From: Candidatus Latescibacterota bacterium
GTDB lineage: Bacteria > Latescibacterota > UBA2968 > UBA8231
DNA length: 64,000 nt
Reading direction: 5' to 3'
Assembly: GCA_965203355.1 (NCBI GenBank)
Contig: OZ241889.1
Location: forward strand, 3,936,001-4,000,000
In this document: one piece after another, positions 9,883 to 18,428 of the stretch
Layout: each line of letters begins with the position of its first letter
How positions within the stretch are numbered: position 1 is the first letter of the stretch
Position numbers and translations under genes: made by a program
Notes under the pieces: model-generated
What the model was told of the DNA's origin: nothing
What the model saw: only the letters and a program-made list of their open reading frames with translations
Database searches by the model: none

Positions 9883-11310
9883 CTAGTCGATACAGGGCGC
9901 ACGGGCTGTGAGTGCCGCGCACAGTTTCTGTTGCAAACCGCCGAAGCCGCCGTTGCTCATAAAAACCACCAAATCGCCTGAGCGAGCTTCCGCCGCTAAA
10001 AAAGCGGTCATTGATTCGACATCGGGGAGATAGTGCGCTGGCTTGCCGGTGGCGCGGAGACGCGCCGCTAAACGCTCGGGAGAAAAGGGCTCGTCGTCTC
10101 GGGCGCGTTCGGGACGGGGGACCGCGGTTGCGACGAACGCGTCGGCCAAGGCGAATGCCTCGACGTAGCGATCCCCAAAGATAGCGCGGGCATTGGTCGC
10201 GCTGGCCGGTTCAAAAACCGCGATGAGCCGGCGTCCGGGATGGGATCGACGCAGGCCCTCTAGGGTGTGGGCGACCGCCGTGGGATGATGGGCGAAGTCG
10301 TCAATCAGGAGCACATCGTCAATCAGGCCGATCGGCTCTTGTCGGCGCTTGACGCCAGCAAAACTGGTGAGGGCCGTGCGGAGATCGTCGGCAGTTAGGC
10401 CAGCGTGAAAACCAGCGGCCAGGCTGGCGAGAGCATTGCAGACGTTGTAGTCTCCGCTCAGTGGCAAGTCGAAAATCCCCACTTCTCTCCCGGCTCGACA
10501 CAAGGTGAAACGCGTACCCTCGGCACTGGCCCGGCGGTCAGTGGCGCGCCAAAACGCTCCTTCTGCAAGGCCAAAGGTCTCCACCGGTGCCAGCGCGGTG
10601 GGGAGGAGTTCGGCGATATTCGGATCGGTACCATGGGCTAGAATCAGGCCGTTTTGCGGCACCATGTTGACGAGTTGGCGGAAGGCTTTGACGATTTCGG
10701 CCAGATCTTGGTAAATGTCGGCGTGGTCGAATTCAATGTTGTTGACGATGAGTACCTCGGGTAGGTAGTAGAAAAACTTCGCCCACTTGGCAAAAAAGGC
10801 ACTGTCGTATTCGTCGCCCTCGACGATGAAATGCGCACCTTGGCCGAGCCGGTAGGAGCGGTCGAAATTTTGCGGCACCCCGGCGACGAGAAAGGAAGGA
10901 TCCAAGTCGCAAGCGGTAAAGAGATGAGCAATGAGCGCCGTAGTGGTGGTCTTGCCGTGGGTTCCGGTTACCACCACCGAGCGCTTGCCGCGGATAAAGA
11001 AATCGCGCAGCACTTCCGGTAGCGACAGGTACGGGATCCGGCGCGAGAGTACGGCCTCAACCTCTGGATTGCCACGCGAGATTGCATTGCCAATGACGAC
11101 CAAATCCGGCGCTGGCACTAGGTGATCCGCCGAAAAGCCGGCCCGCACGTCGATCGCCAACTCCTCGAGCATGGTGCTCATCGGCGGATAGACGTGGCTG
11201 TCCGACCCGGTGACGCGATACCCTCGCTCGCGCAACATGCCGGCCAAAGACCCCATAGCCGTACCGCAAACGGCAATCAGGTGAATGTGGGAACCCAAGG
11301 GAAGCTGCAT
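9883..11310 (-). CDS. mpl: Murein peptide ligase Mpl (MurC family)
   Basis: HLIAVCGTAMGSLA, GTHGKTTTT, EGDEYDSAFF, DDFAHHPTAV and MSNGGFGG. Confidence 0.92.
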   Translation of the reverse strand: MQLPLGSHIHLIAVCGTAMGSLAGMLRERGYRVTGSDSHVYPPMSTMLEELAIDVRAGFSADHLVPAPDLVVIGNAISRGNPEVEAVLSRRIPYLSLPEVLRDFFIRGKRSVVVTGTHGKTTTTALIAHLFTACDLDPSFLVAGVPQNFDRSYRLGQGAHFIVEGDEYDSAFFAKWAKFFYYLPEVLIVNNIEFDHADIYQDLAEIVKAFRQLVNMVPQNGLILAHGTDPNIAELLPTALAPVETFGLAEGAFWRATDRRASAEGTRFTLCRAGREVGIFDLPLSGDYNVCNALASLAAGFHAGLTADDLRTALTSFAGVKRRQEPIGLIDDVLLIDDFAHHPTAVAHTLEGLRRSHPGRRLIAVFEPASATNARAIFGDRYVEAFALADAFVATAVPRPERARDDEPFSPERLAARLRATGKPAHYLPDVESMTAFLAAEARSGDLVVFMSNGGFGGLQQKLCAALTARAPCID

Positions 11311-11420
11311 GTCCGTATATACCGTTGGGGCGATTGGGGTGTCAAGGGAAGCGGGCCGGTTTGTGCGCGGCAATCGGCGATTGTTTTATTGTCAGGCACT
11401 TGCTCGCAAGAGAGGAGACC

Positions 11421-12389
11421 ATGGACCAAGACAAAGAAGCGGAAGAAGAAATTTTTTTATCCCTCGTCATTCCCGTTTTTAACGAAGAGAAAAGTCTGCC
11501 TCATCTATGGGGTCAGATCGATAGCGCCCTGGCAACCGCGGAATGGTCCTGGGAGGCTATTTTCGTGGACGACGGAAGCACGGACGGCTCGTTTGCCGTC
11601 TTGGGCCAGTTGGCCAAACAGCATCCGCAGGTGTGCGCCTTGCGCTTTCGCCGCAACTACCGCAAGGCCGCAGCCCTCGCCGCCGGTTTCAAGCAGGCAC
11701 GCGGCCAAGTCATCATCACCATGGACGCCGACCTGCAAGACGACCCCCGCGAAATTCCCCGGCTGCTGGCCGAACTCAACCGCGATTGCGACTTAGTCTC
11801 AGGCTGGAAGGCCAAGCGCCGCGACCCTTTGAGTAAAACCCTCCCCTCCCGCTTGTTCAACTGGATCACCTCGCTGGTATCCGGGGTGCGCCTGCGAGAT
11901 TTCAACTGCGGCCTCAAAGCATATCGGCGCGAGGTGGCCGAAGATGCCCTGCCGTACCTCTATGGGGAATTGTATCGGTTTTTGCCCGCCGTAGCCCACT
12001 GGATGGGCTATCGAGTCGGCGAGATTCCGGTGCAACACCATCCCCGCCGCTTTGGCCATTCCAAATTCGGGACCAAGCGGTTGTTAAACGGATTCTTGGA
12101 CCTGCTGACCGTGACCTTTGTCGTGCGCTTTATGACCACGCCCATGCACGTCTTCGGCAGCTTAGGGCTCGGCTCTACGCTATGCGGGTCGGTCATCTGC
12201 GCCTATGTGGCCTTGCTGCGTTACGAACACGGCAACATCCAAAACCGCCATCCCCTGCTCATGCTGGGCATCCTGCTGATCATCGTCGGCATTCAGTGTT
12301 TCTCCATCGGCTTTTTAGGAGACATGATCGCCAGTATGCACCAGCGCGGCGGACGCACCCCGCGCGTTGTCGAGTGCCTAAACGGGTGA
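11421..12389 (+). CDS. GT2 glycosyltransferase, ArnC/polyprenol-phosphate type
   Basis: IPVFNE, VDDGSTD, MDADLQDDP, DFNCGLKAYR and two C-terminal TM helices. Confidence 0.9.
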   Translation: MDQDKEAEEEIFLSLVIPVFNEEKSLPHLWGQIDSALATAEWSWEAIFVDDGSTDGSFAVLGQLAKQHPQVCALRFRRNYRKAAALAAGFKQARGQVIITMDADLQDDPREIPRLLAELNRDCDLVSGWKAKRRDPLSKTLPSRLFNWITSLVSGVRLRDFNCGLKAYRREVAEDALPYLYGELYRFLPAVAHWMGYRVGEIPVQHHPRRFGHSKFGTKRLLNGFLDLLTVTFVVRFMTTPMHVFGSLGLGSTLCGSVICAYVALLRYEHGNIQNRHPLLMLGILLIIVGIQCFSIGFLGDMIASMHQRGGRTPRVVECLNG

Positions 12390-13442
12390 TAGCTCTTTTA
12401 GGGCCGCTAGCAACGCAGCGATCTCCGCGTCCGTGCCCACCGAGATGCGCAGGCAATCGGCCAAGCGCGGCGGCGTGGCAAAGTAGCGCACCAAGATCCG
12501 ACGCTCCTTGAGCTGCGCGTAGAGTTCGGCCGCAGCACAGCCAGCCCAGCGCTCGCCGAGCTTGGCGAGCACGAAATTCGCCTGCGAATCCCACACGTAA
12601 AAACCCAACGCCCGCAACCCAACACACAGATGTGTGCGCGTTGCACAGACGCGGGCGGCGTTGGCGCGCATCGCGTCGAGATCTTCTAGGGCCGACTCGG
12701 CGGCCACTAAGCTCAACCGATTGAGATTGTAGTGGTCCTTGACCTTCCACATCCCCGCGATCAGCGCGGCCGGGGCAAAGGCAAAACCAATGCGCATGCC
12801 GGCGAGGGAAAAAGACTTGGACATGGTGCGCACGACAATGGCATTGGGGTGTTGCTCGATGAGTTGAATGCAGCCGCCCTGCGAAAAATCGACATACGCT
12901 TCATCTACGACCAAGACACCGTCAACCTGTACACAAAGCGCGGCGACCTCGTCGTAGGGCACGAGGGTGCCCGAGGGCGCATTGGGATTGGCGAGAAAGG
13001 TGATGCGGGCCTCAGGCACAGCTAGGCCCTCGGGCAGGGAGAAATCCTCGCCGAACTCGACCGGAACCGCCTCCGCGCCTTGAATGTCGATCAGCGGCTT
13101 GTAGTAGCCGTACGTGGGATGGGGATAGGCGATTTTGTCGCTCTCACCGGCGAAACTGCGGATGATGACGTTGATCAACTCGTCCGAGCCGTTGCCGACC
13201 ATAACCTGTTGGGGAGCAATGGCGAATACTTCGCCCAGTTTGCGGCGCAAAGCCCAAGCGTCTGGATCGGGATAGAGACGCAGATCAGCCGCGCAGGCGT
13301 CGCGCAGCCGCGCTAGCACTAAGGGGGAGGGTGGATAGGGGTTTTCGTTGGTATTGAGCTTGATATAGCCCTGTTCGCGGGGCTGTTCCCCAGGGACATA
13401 CCCGCGCAGCCGAGCGATATTGGGGCGGAACAGTTCCGACAC
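12378..13442 (-). CDS. hisC: Histidinol-phosphate aminotransferase
   Basis: KLNTNENPYPPS, GNGSDE, NPNAPSG, DEAYVDF and RTMSKSFSLAGMRIG. Confidence 0.93.
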   Translation of the reverse strand: MSELFRPNIARLRGYVPGEQPREQGYIKLNTNENPYPPSPLVLARLRDACAADLRLYPDPDAWALRRKLGEVFAIAPQQVMVGNGSDELINVIIRSFAGESDKIAYPHPTYGYYKPLIDIQGAEAVPVEFGEDFSLPEGLAVPEARITFLANPNAPSGTLVPYDEVAALCVQVDGVLVVDEAYVDFSQGGCIQLIEQHPNAIVVRTMSKSFSLAGMRIGFAFAPAALIAGMWKVKDHYNLNRLSLVAAESALEDLDAMRANAARVCATRTHLCVGLRALGFYVWDSQANFVLAKLGERWAGCAAAELYAQLKERRILVRYFATPPRLADCLRISVGTDAEIAALLAALKELSPV

Positions 13443-13444
13443 GA

Positions 13445-15391
13445 TTAACTATTGGCAGGATCATCCACGCACAGAACTTCCAAAACGCCGTCGATGCGCT
13501 CGATTCGGTCCATGATCTGGCGCAGTTGCTGGTTGTCAACGACGTCGATCCAGAAGTTCATTACGGCGATGTGATCCTCGATGCGGGTAGTGGAGTCGCG
13601 GATGTTGAAGCCAGTTTCGCCGATCATCGTCGCGATGTCCCCCAGCAAGTTCTTGCGGTCCCAACTACGGATGCTTAACTGCACAGGAAAGGTCGGTTTG
13701 GGCTGGTCTATTCGGCTGATAACCTTGCCGATTGACAGGTGCCCTTTGCCGAGGGCCACGTAGAGCTGCTCGGTGCCCCTGAGCCCGAACTTCTGAGCCA
13801 CGGCATTGAGGTCGGGTAGGTCGGCGGTCCGTAGTCCTCTGTGGAGCACCTTCTTGCCCGAGCGGACGATGTCGTCGTATTCCTTCTTCCGTAGCCAGTG
13901 GCGGATGGCTTCAAGGGCCTTATCGGTCTTGGCTTGGTCCAGCCAAGAGAGTTGGGGGGTTTGCTGGGGGTCAGTAACGATGTCCACGGCTTCGCCGCTG
14001 TTCAAAGTCGCACCTAACGGTGTATCTCGACCGTTTACTTTGGCCTTCACACAGTGTATCCCGATGTCGGTGTGGACGGCAAAGGCTAAGTCGAGCGGCG
14101 TGGAGCCCTTGGGCAACTCGTATATGTAGCCTTTAGGAGTGATGACTAATATCTGGTCGAGAGACGCGATCCTGGTACTCACATTTTCCAAGAATTCGGG
14201 CAGGTCCTTAGCGTCGGCGGCTTGGCGTATCCAACTCGCGTGTTGGTCGAAATCGCTGGACCCCGCGTCGTTGGATTTGTAGCGCCAGTGGGCAGCAATG
14301 CCGATTTCAGCCGTTTGGTGCATCTCCTTGGTGCGGATTTGTACTTCGACATATTGGCCTTGAGGGCCAACCACCGACGTGTGTAGCGACTGGTAGCCGT
14401 TGCCCTTGGGTGTCAGTATATAGTTTTTGGTGTTAATAGCTTTGTAAATGTCGTGGATCGAATTGAGGATGGCATAGCATTGGTTCCTTGTGCCGGTGAT
14501 GATGCGTATGGCCAGCAGGTCGTAGATTTCTTCAAAGGGCTTACCGCGCTTCTTCATCTTATTGTAAATGCTATAGAAGTTCTTAGGACGGCTCGTAAAT
14601 TCGGCTTTAATGCCCTCTTCGTTCAGGTGCTTCTCGATTGGCACTTTGAACTTTTCTAGATAGGCTTCGCGCTCTTCGAGCGTCATGGCCACCTTGTCGC
14701 GCAACTCTTGGTAAATTTTGGGTTCGAGAAATTTGAGGCTTTGGTCTTCGAGTTGCCAGCGGAGCAGCGCCATCCCAAAGAGGTTAGCCAGCGGTGCGTA
14801 CAGGTCGAGCGTTTCCCGTGCCTTGCGCTCGCGGGATTGGGGGGGTAAGTGTTGGAGCGTACGCATGTTATGTAGGCGGTCGGCTAGCTTGATGGGAATG
14901 ACGCGGCCGTCCTTGGCCGCGGAGAGTAGCATCTTGACATAAGTCTCAAGTTGGCTCACCTGGGGGTTTTTGTCGGTTATCTGATCGATTTTGGTGACCC
15001 CGGCGATCAGTTCGGCGATCTCTTCGCCAAATTGTTTGGCAACCTCCTCATGCGTAGCCGGCGTATCCTCAACGACATCGTGCAACAGTCCGGCTGCAAC
15101 TGTAGTATCATCCAAGCCCAGTTGGACGAGCAGCCGAGCCACTTCGACGCAATGGATGAGGAACGGGGCGCCGGACTTGCGGGTTTGGCCTTTGTGATGC
15201 TCTTTGGCGAAGTAATAGGCGCGTTTGATCAGGGTGAACGGTTCGGAACCGGCTTTGGAGTTGGAGGAGTAGAACTCAATTAGCAGATCGGCCAGCGGCT
15301 CTTCGTTGCCTGCCAGCTCGACAATACAGTCCAACACGCCCCCCGAGGAGGTTTCAGATAAAGCCGAAAGATGTGTAGGAGTTTCAGTCAT
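13445..15391 (-). CDS. rel: RelA/SpoT homologue (HD-SYNTH-TGS-ACT, shortened)
   Basis: LLHDVVED, KLADRLHNMRT, NGYQSLHT, EVQIRT, AAHWRYK, TGS (DLAFAVHTDIG) and a C-terminal ACT domain. Confidence 0.93.
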   Translation of the reverse strand: MTETPTHLSALSETSSGGVLDCIVELAGNEEPLADLLIEFYSSNSKAGSEPFTLIKRAYYFAKEHHKGQTRKSGAPFLIHCVEVARLLVQLGLDDTTVAAGLLHDVVEDTPATHEEVAKQFGEEIAELIAGVTKIDQITDKNPQVSQLETYVKMLLSAAKDGRVIPIKLADRLHNMRTLQHLPPQSRERKARETLDLYAPLANLFGMALLRWQLEDQSLKFLEPKIYQELRDKVAMTLEEREAYLEKFKVPIEKHLNEEGIKAEFTSRPKNFYSIYNKMKKRGKPFEEIYDLLAIRIITGTRNQCYAILNSIHDIYKAINTKNYILTPKGNGYQSLHTSVVGPQGQYVEVQIRTKEMHQTAEIGIAAHWRYKSNDAGSSDFDQHASWIRQAADAKDLPEFLENVSTRIASLDQILVITPKGYIYELPKGSTPLDLAFAVHTDIGIHCVKAKVNGRDTPLGATLNSGEAVDIVTDPQQTPQLSWLDQAKTDKALEAIRHWLRKKEYDDIVRSGKKVLHRGLRTADLPDLNAVAQKFGLRGTEQLYVALGKGHLSIGKVISRIDQPKPTFPVQLSIRSWDRKNLLGDIATMIGETGFNIRDSTTRIEDHIAVMNFWIDVVDNQQLRQIMDRIERIDGVLEVLCVDDPANS

Positions 15392-15515
15392 GGAATTCTT
15401 TTTTCGTTCGCGTCTGTTAATATTGAATAAGTATTACAAAAAAACAAATATATACAAGCAGAAGTTTCACGCTCGTTTGTACGCACGGTAGAAGTCAAAC
15501 TAAAATGGGAAGAGA

Positions 15516-15902
15516 ATGTGGCTAAATACCGAAAATGCACCCGTGCTGACGCAAGCGGATAAAATTCTCGCGCTCGTCGTGGGCTTGAGTGCGATCGGGC
15601 TGATACTCTACGGCCGCTATACCGCCGAGGCTGGTGGCGTACTAAGCGTCGAGTTGGCTGGAGCCGCGCCCGCCACGCATGTCCTCTCAGATTACGGGGT
15701 CTTGCCCGTTGTAGGACCTTTGGGCGTGAGCCAGATCGAGATCGGCCCCAAAGGGGTGCGCGTACTTTCCGCACCTTGCGTCCACAAGCTCTGCATGCGG
15801 CGGGGCTGGATGCAGCGGGCCGGCGACGTGGCCGCGTGCGTACCTAATGGCCTAGTATTGAGGATCGCTGGGGCCGCGCCCATAGACGCGATGATTCACT
15901 GA
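15516..15902 (+). CDS. NusG domain II (Lin0431/DUF1312-like) membrane-anchored protein
   Basis: N-terminal TM helix, GPLG..IEI...VRV..APCVHKLCMRRGW...ACVPN. Confidence 0.82.
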   Translation: MWLNTENAPVLTQADKILALVVGLSAIGLILYGRYTAEAGGVLSVELAGAAPATHVLSDYGVLPVVGPLGVSQIEIGPKGVRVLSAPCVHKLCMRRGWMQRAGDVAACVPNGLVLRIAGAAPIDAMIH

Positions 15903-16426
15903 TGTTTGCCCGCCCTAGAGACGTGGCTCGTTTGGGGCTTATGGCCAGTGCGGCAATTGTGCTCTTCGCCTTTGAATCGCTGGTACCCAAACCCTTGCCT
16001 TGGATGAAGCTGGGACTCGGCAACTTGCCGGTTTTGGTCGCGTTAGTGAGCTTTGGTGGCGGTCCAGCATTGGCCGTTAGTGCCATCAAGCTGGTAGTTG
16101 GCGGCTTGCTCAGCGGGGGATTTGCCGGTCCAGCCTTTGTCATTGGCGGCGGGGCTGGCTTGGCGAGTTGGTTGGTCATGGTTGCGGTGCGCCGCATGGG
16201 AGCAGGGCTTTTCAGCGTCGTGGGTCTGAGCATCTGGGGAGCGCTGGCGCACCAACTCAGCCAGCTCGTTCTCGCCGCTGGCTACATCGGCCACAGCGGT
16301 CTGTTCGCGCTTTTGCCGCTGGCCTTGTTCAGTGCCCTAATAAGCGGCGGGACGATCGGCCTGCTGGCTTGGTGGACCTTGGAGCAACTGGAGAAAATAG
16401 GCTGGTTGGACCAAGGCCAGTTATAA
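15902..16426 (+). CDS. Gx transporter family (heptaprenyl-PP synthase component I-like) membrane protein
   Basis: FESLVPKPLPWMKLGLGN and SVVGLSIWGALAHQLSQL motifs; coupled to the NusG-II gene. Confidence 0.85.
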   Translation: MFARPRDVARLGLMASAAIVLFAFESLVPKPLPWMKLGLGNLPVLVALVSFGGGPALAVSAIKLVVGGLLSGGFAGPAFVIGGGAGLASWLVMVAVRRMGAGLFSVVGLSIWGALAHQLSQLVLAAGYIGHSGLFALLPLALFSALISGGTIGLLAWWTLEQLEKIGWLDQGQL

Positions 16427-16455
16427 ATGTAATGTATAGACTTTAGATCGCTTCA

Positions 16456-18411
16456 ATGGACCTGCCCAAAAAGCCTACCTTGCAAACCGAACCGGTCTTC
16501 AGCACCAAAGCACTGGTCGCGGGCACCCTAGGGTCGCTGTGCATCGCCGTGGGAGCACCCTACGGCAACATGGTCATCCGCGGCTCCTACATGTCGATTG
16601 ATTTCAGCGCCGCGGGTGCCCTTTTCCTCTTCTTCTTGTTGACGGGCTTATTCAACGCCTTGTTGACGCGCTTTGCCGCTTCTGTGGCCCTCGGACGCTG
16701 CGAACTAATCGTCGCGTACATCATGATGCTCACGGCTTCGGCCATCCCGACGATGGGCCTCAGCGAATACTGGCTGACGATCATCACCGGTGCCCAGTAC
16801 TATGCCACCCCGGAAAACGAATGGGCCTTGCTCATCCTGCCGCACCTTCCCACGTGGATCGCACCGCAGGATCCCGAGGCGATCAAGTGGTTTTACGAAG
16901 GAGCACCTCGCACCACTGGGGTACCTTGGGCCGCTTGGAGCGGCCCGCTGTGCTATTGGACCATTCTGATCGTAGCCCTGTACTTGGTGATGATCTCGTC
17001 CATGGTCATTATGCGCCGCCAGTGGGTGGAGCGAGAGCGGCTGGTTTATCCGCTGGTGCAAGTGCCCTTGGCCATGGTCGAAAGCGGAGGCCGCGGACAG
17101 GCCCTAGGTCCTTTCTTCAAAAATCCAATCATGTGGGTCGGCTTTGCCCTGCCCGTGTTCGTCAGTAGTCTCAACGCCCTACACTCGTATTTCAACTTCA
17201 TCCCCGCCATCCAACTCGTCTCCTCGGTTCCGATCCTGCGCAACACCGTCAGCCTGATCTTCCGCCTGAGCTTTCCCATGATCGGGTTCGCCTATCTGAT
17301 CAACCTCGACATCGCCTTCAGCCTGTGGTTCTTCAACACCATCGCCAAGTTGATCCGAGGAGGGCTGGGAGTTTTAGGGATTGGCAGCACTGAAAAACTC
17401 GTTTACGGCGCTCCCAGCGAGCCAATTCTCGCCCACCAAGGGCAGGGCGCGATGATCGTCTTAGTGCTTTTCGGCCTGTGGGTCGGCCGCGAGCATCTGC
17501 GCGACGTACTGCGCAAAGCATTCCGAGGCGACGACCACATCGACGACAGCGGCGAGATGCTCTCCTATCGGACGGCGGTCTTAGCTTGGCTCTCCGGCGT
17601 CGCAGTCATGACCATCTGGCTGTGGCAGTCTGGCTTGCCGCTGTGGGCGGCCTTTTTGACCCTGATGTTGGCCATCCTTATCTTCGTCGGCTTGACCCGA
17701 GTGGTAGTGGAAGGAGGTGTGGCCGCGGCGGTCGGACCGATGATTTCTCCAACGGTCTTGGTTTCGGCCGTCGGAGTTTCGGCAATCGGCCCGACCGGCA
17801 TGGTCGGCCTCGCATATACCTTCGTGTGGGCGGCGGACATCCGCACCTTTGTCATGGCCTCCTGTGCGCACGGTCTCAAGTTGAGCGAGGGACTAGGCCC
17901 GCGGCTACGTCCGCTCTTTTGGTACATGCTGTTGGCCATTGTCGTTAGCATCGTCGGCTCGGTCGCAGCGATTTTGTACCTCGCCTACGAATACGGCGGC
18001 ATCAACCTCAACGCGTGGTTTTTTGGAGGTGGAACTCGTGCCCCTTTTGATTATATTACCACCAAGTTAAGCGCACCTACCGAGCCAAACATAGATGGTT
18101 GGATTCACACTTTTGTCGGCGGGGGCATCATGGCCCTGCTCATGTGGGCGCGCCAGCAGTTCTTGTGGTGGCCCCTGCATCCCATCGGCTATCCCATTGG
18201 TGCCGTATGGCTGATGGACCAGTTGTGGTTTAGCATTGCCATCGCTTGGCTCTTAAAGTTGTTGGCAATGAAATACGGTGGGCCCAGCCTTTTTCGCCGG
18301 GTACGTCCCTTTTTTCTAGGCTTGATCATAGGCCAGTTTTTCATCGCGGGACTCTGGTTGATTATCGACTTTTTTACGGGCATGACCGACAATGTGGTCT
18401 TCTGGATCTGA
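16456..18411 (+). CDS. DUF6785/DUF6784-type multi-pass membrane protein (OPT-like)
   Basis: 651 aa, many TM segments, RRQWVERERLVYPL, WWPLHPIGY and KYGG..LFRRVRPFFLGLIIG motifs. Confidence 0.75.
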   Translation: MDLPKKPTLQTEPVFSTKALVAGTLGSLCIAVGAPYGNMVIRGSYMSIDFSAAGALFLFFLLTGLFNALLTRFAASVALGRCELIVAYIMMLTASAIPTMGLSEYWLTIITGAQYYATPENEWALLILPHLPTWIAPQDPEAIKWFYEGAPRTTGVPWAAWSGPLCYWTILIVALYLVMISSMVIMRRQWVERERLVYPLVQVPLAMVESGGRGQALGPFFKNPIMWVGFALPVFVSSLNALHSYFNFIPAIQLVSSVPILRNTVSLIFRLSFPMIGFAYLINLDIAFSLWFFNTIAKLIRGGLGVLGIGSTEKLVYGAPSEPILAHQGQGAMIVLVLFGLWVGREHLRDVLRKAFRGDDHIDDSGEMLSYRTAVLAWLSGVAVMTIWLWQSGLPLWAAFLTLMLAILIFVGLTRVVVEGGVAAAVGPMISPTVLVSAVGVSAIGPTGMVGLAYTFVWAADIRTFVMASCAHGLKLSEGLGPRLRPLFWYMLLAIVVSIVGSVAAILYLAYEYGGINLNAWFFGGGTRAPFDYITTKLSAPTEPNIDGWIHTFVGGGIMALLMWARQQFLWWPLHPIGYPIGAVWLMDQLWFSIAIAWLLKLLAMKYGGPSLFRRVRPFFLGLIIGQFFIAGLWLIIDFFTGMTDNVVFWI

Positions 18412-18428
18412 GAAAGGCACCTACAATT

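Noticed and set aside
18246-18428. ORF-track N-terminal extension of the giant protein
   Set aside because: It overlaps the upstream gene; ATG 18429 gives a proper signal peptide
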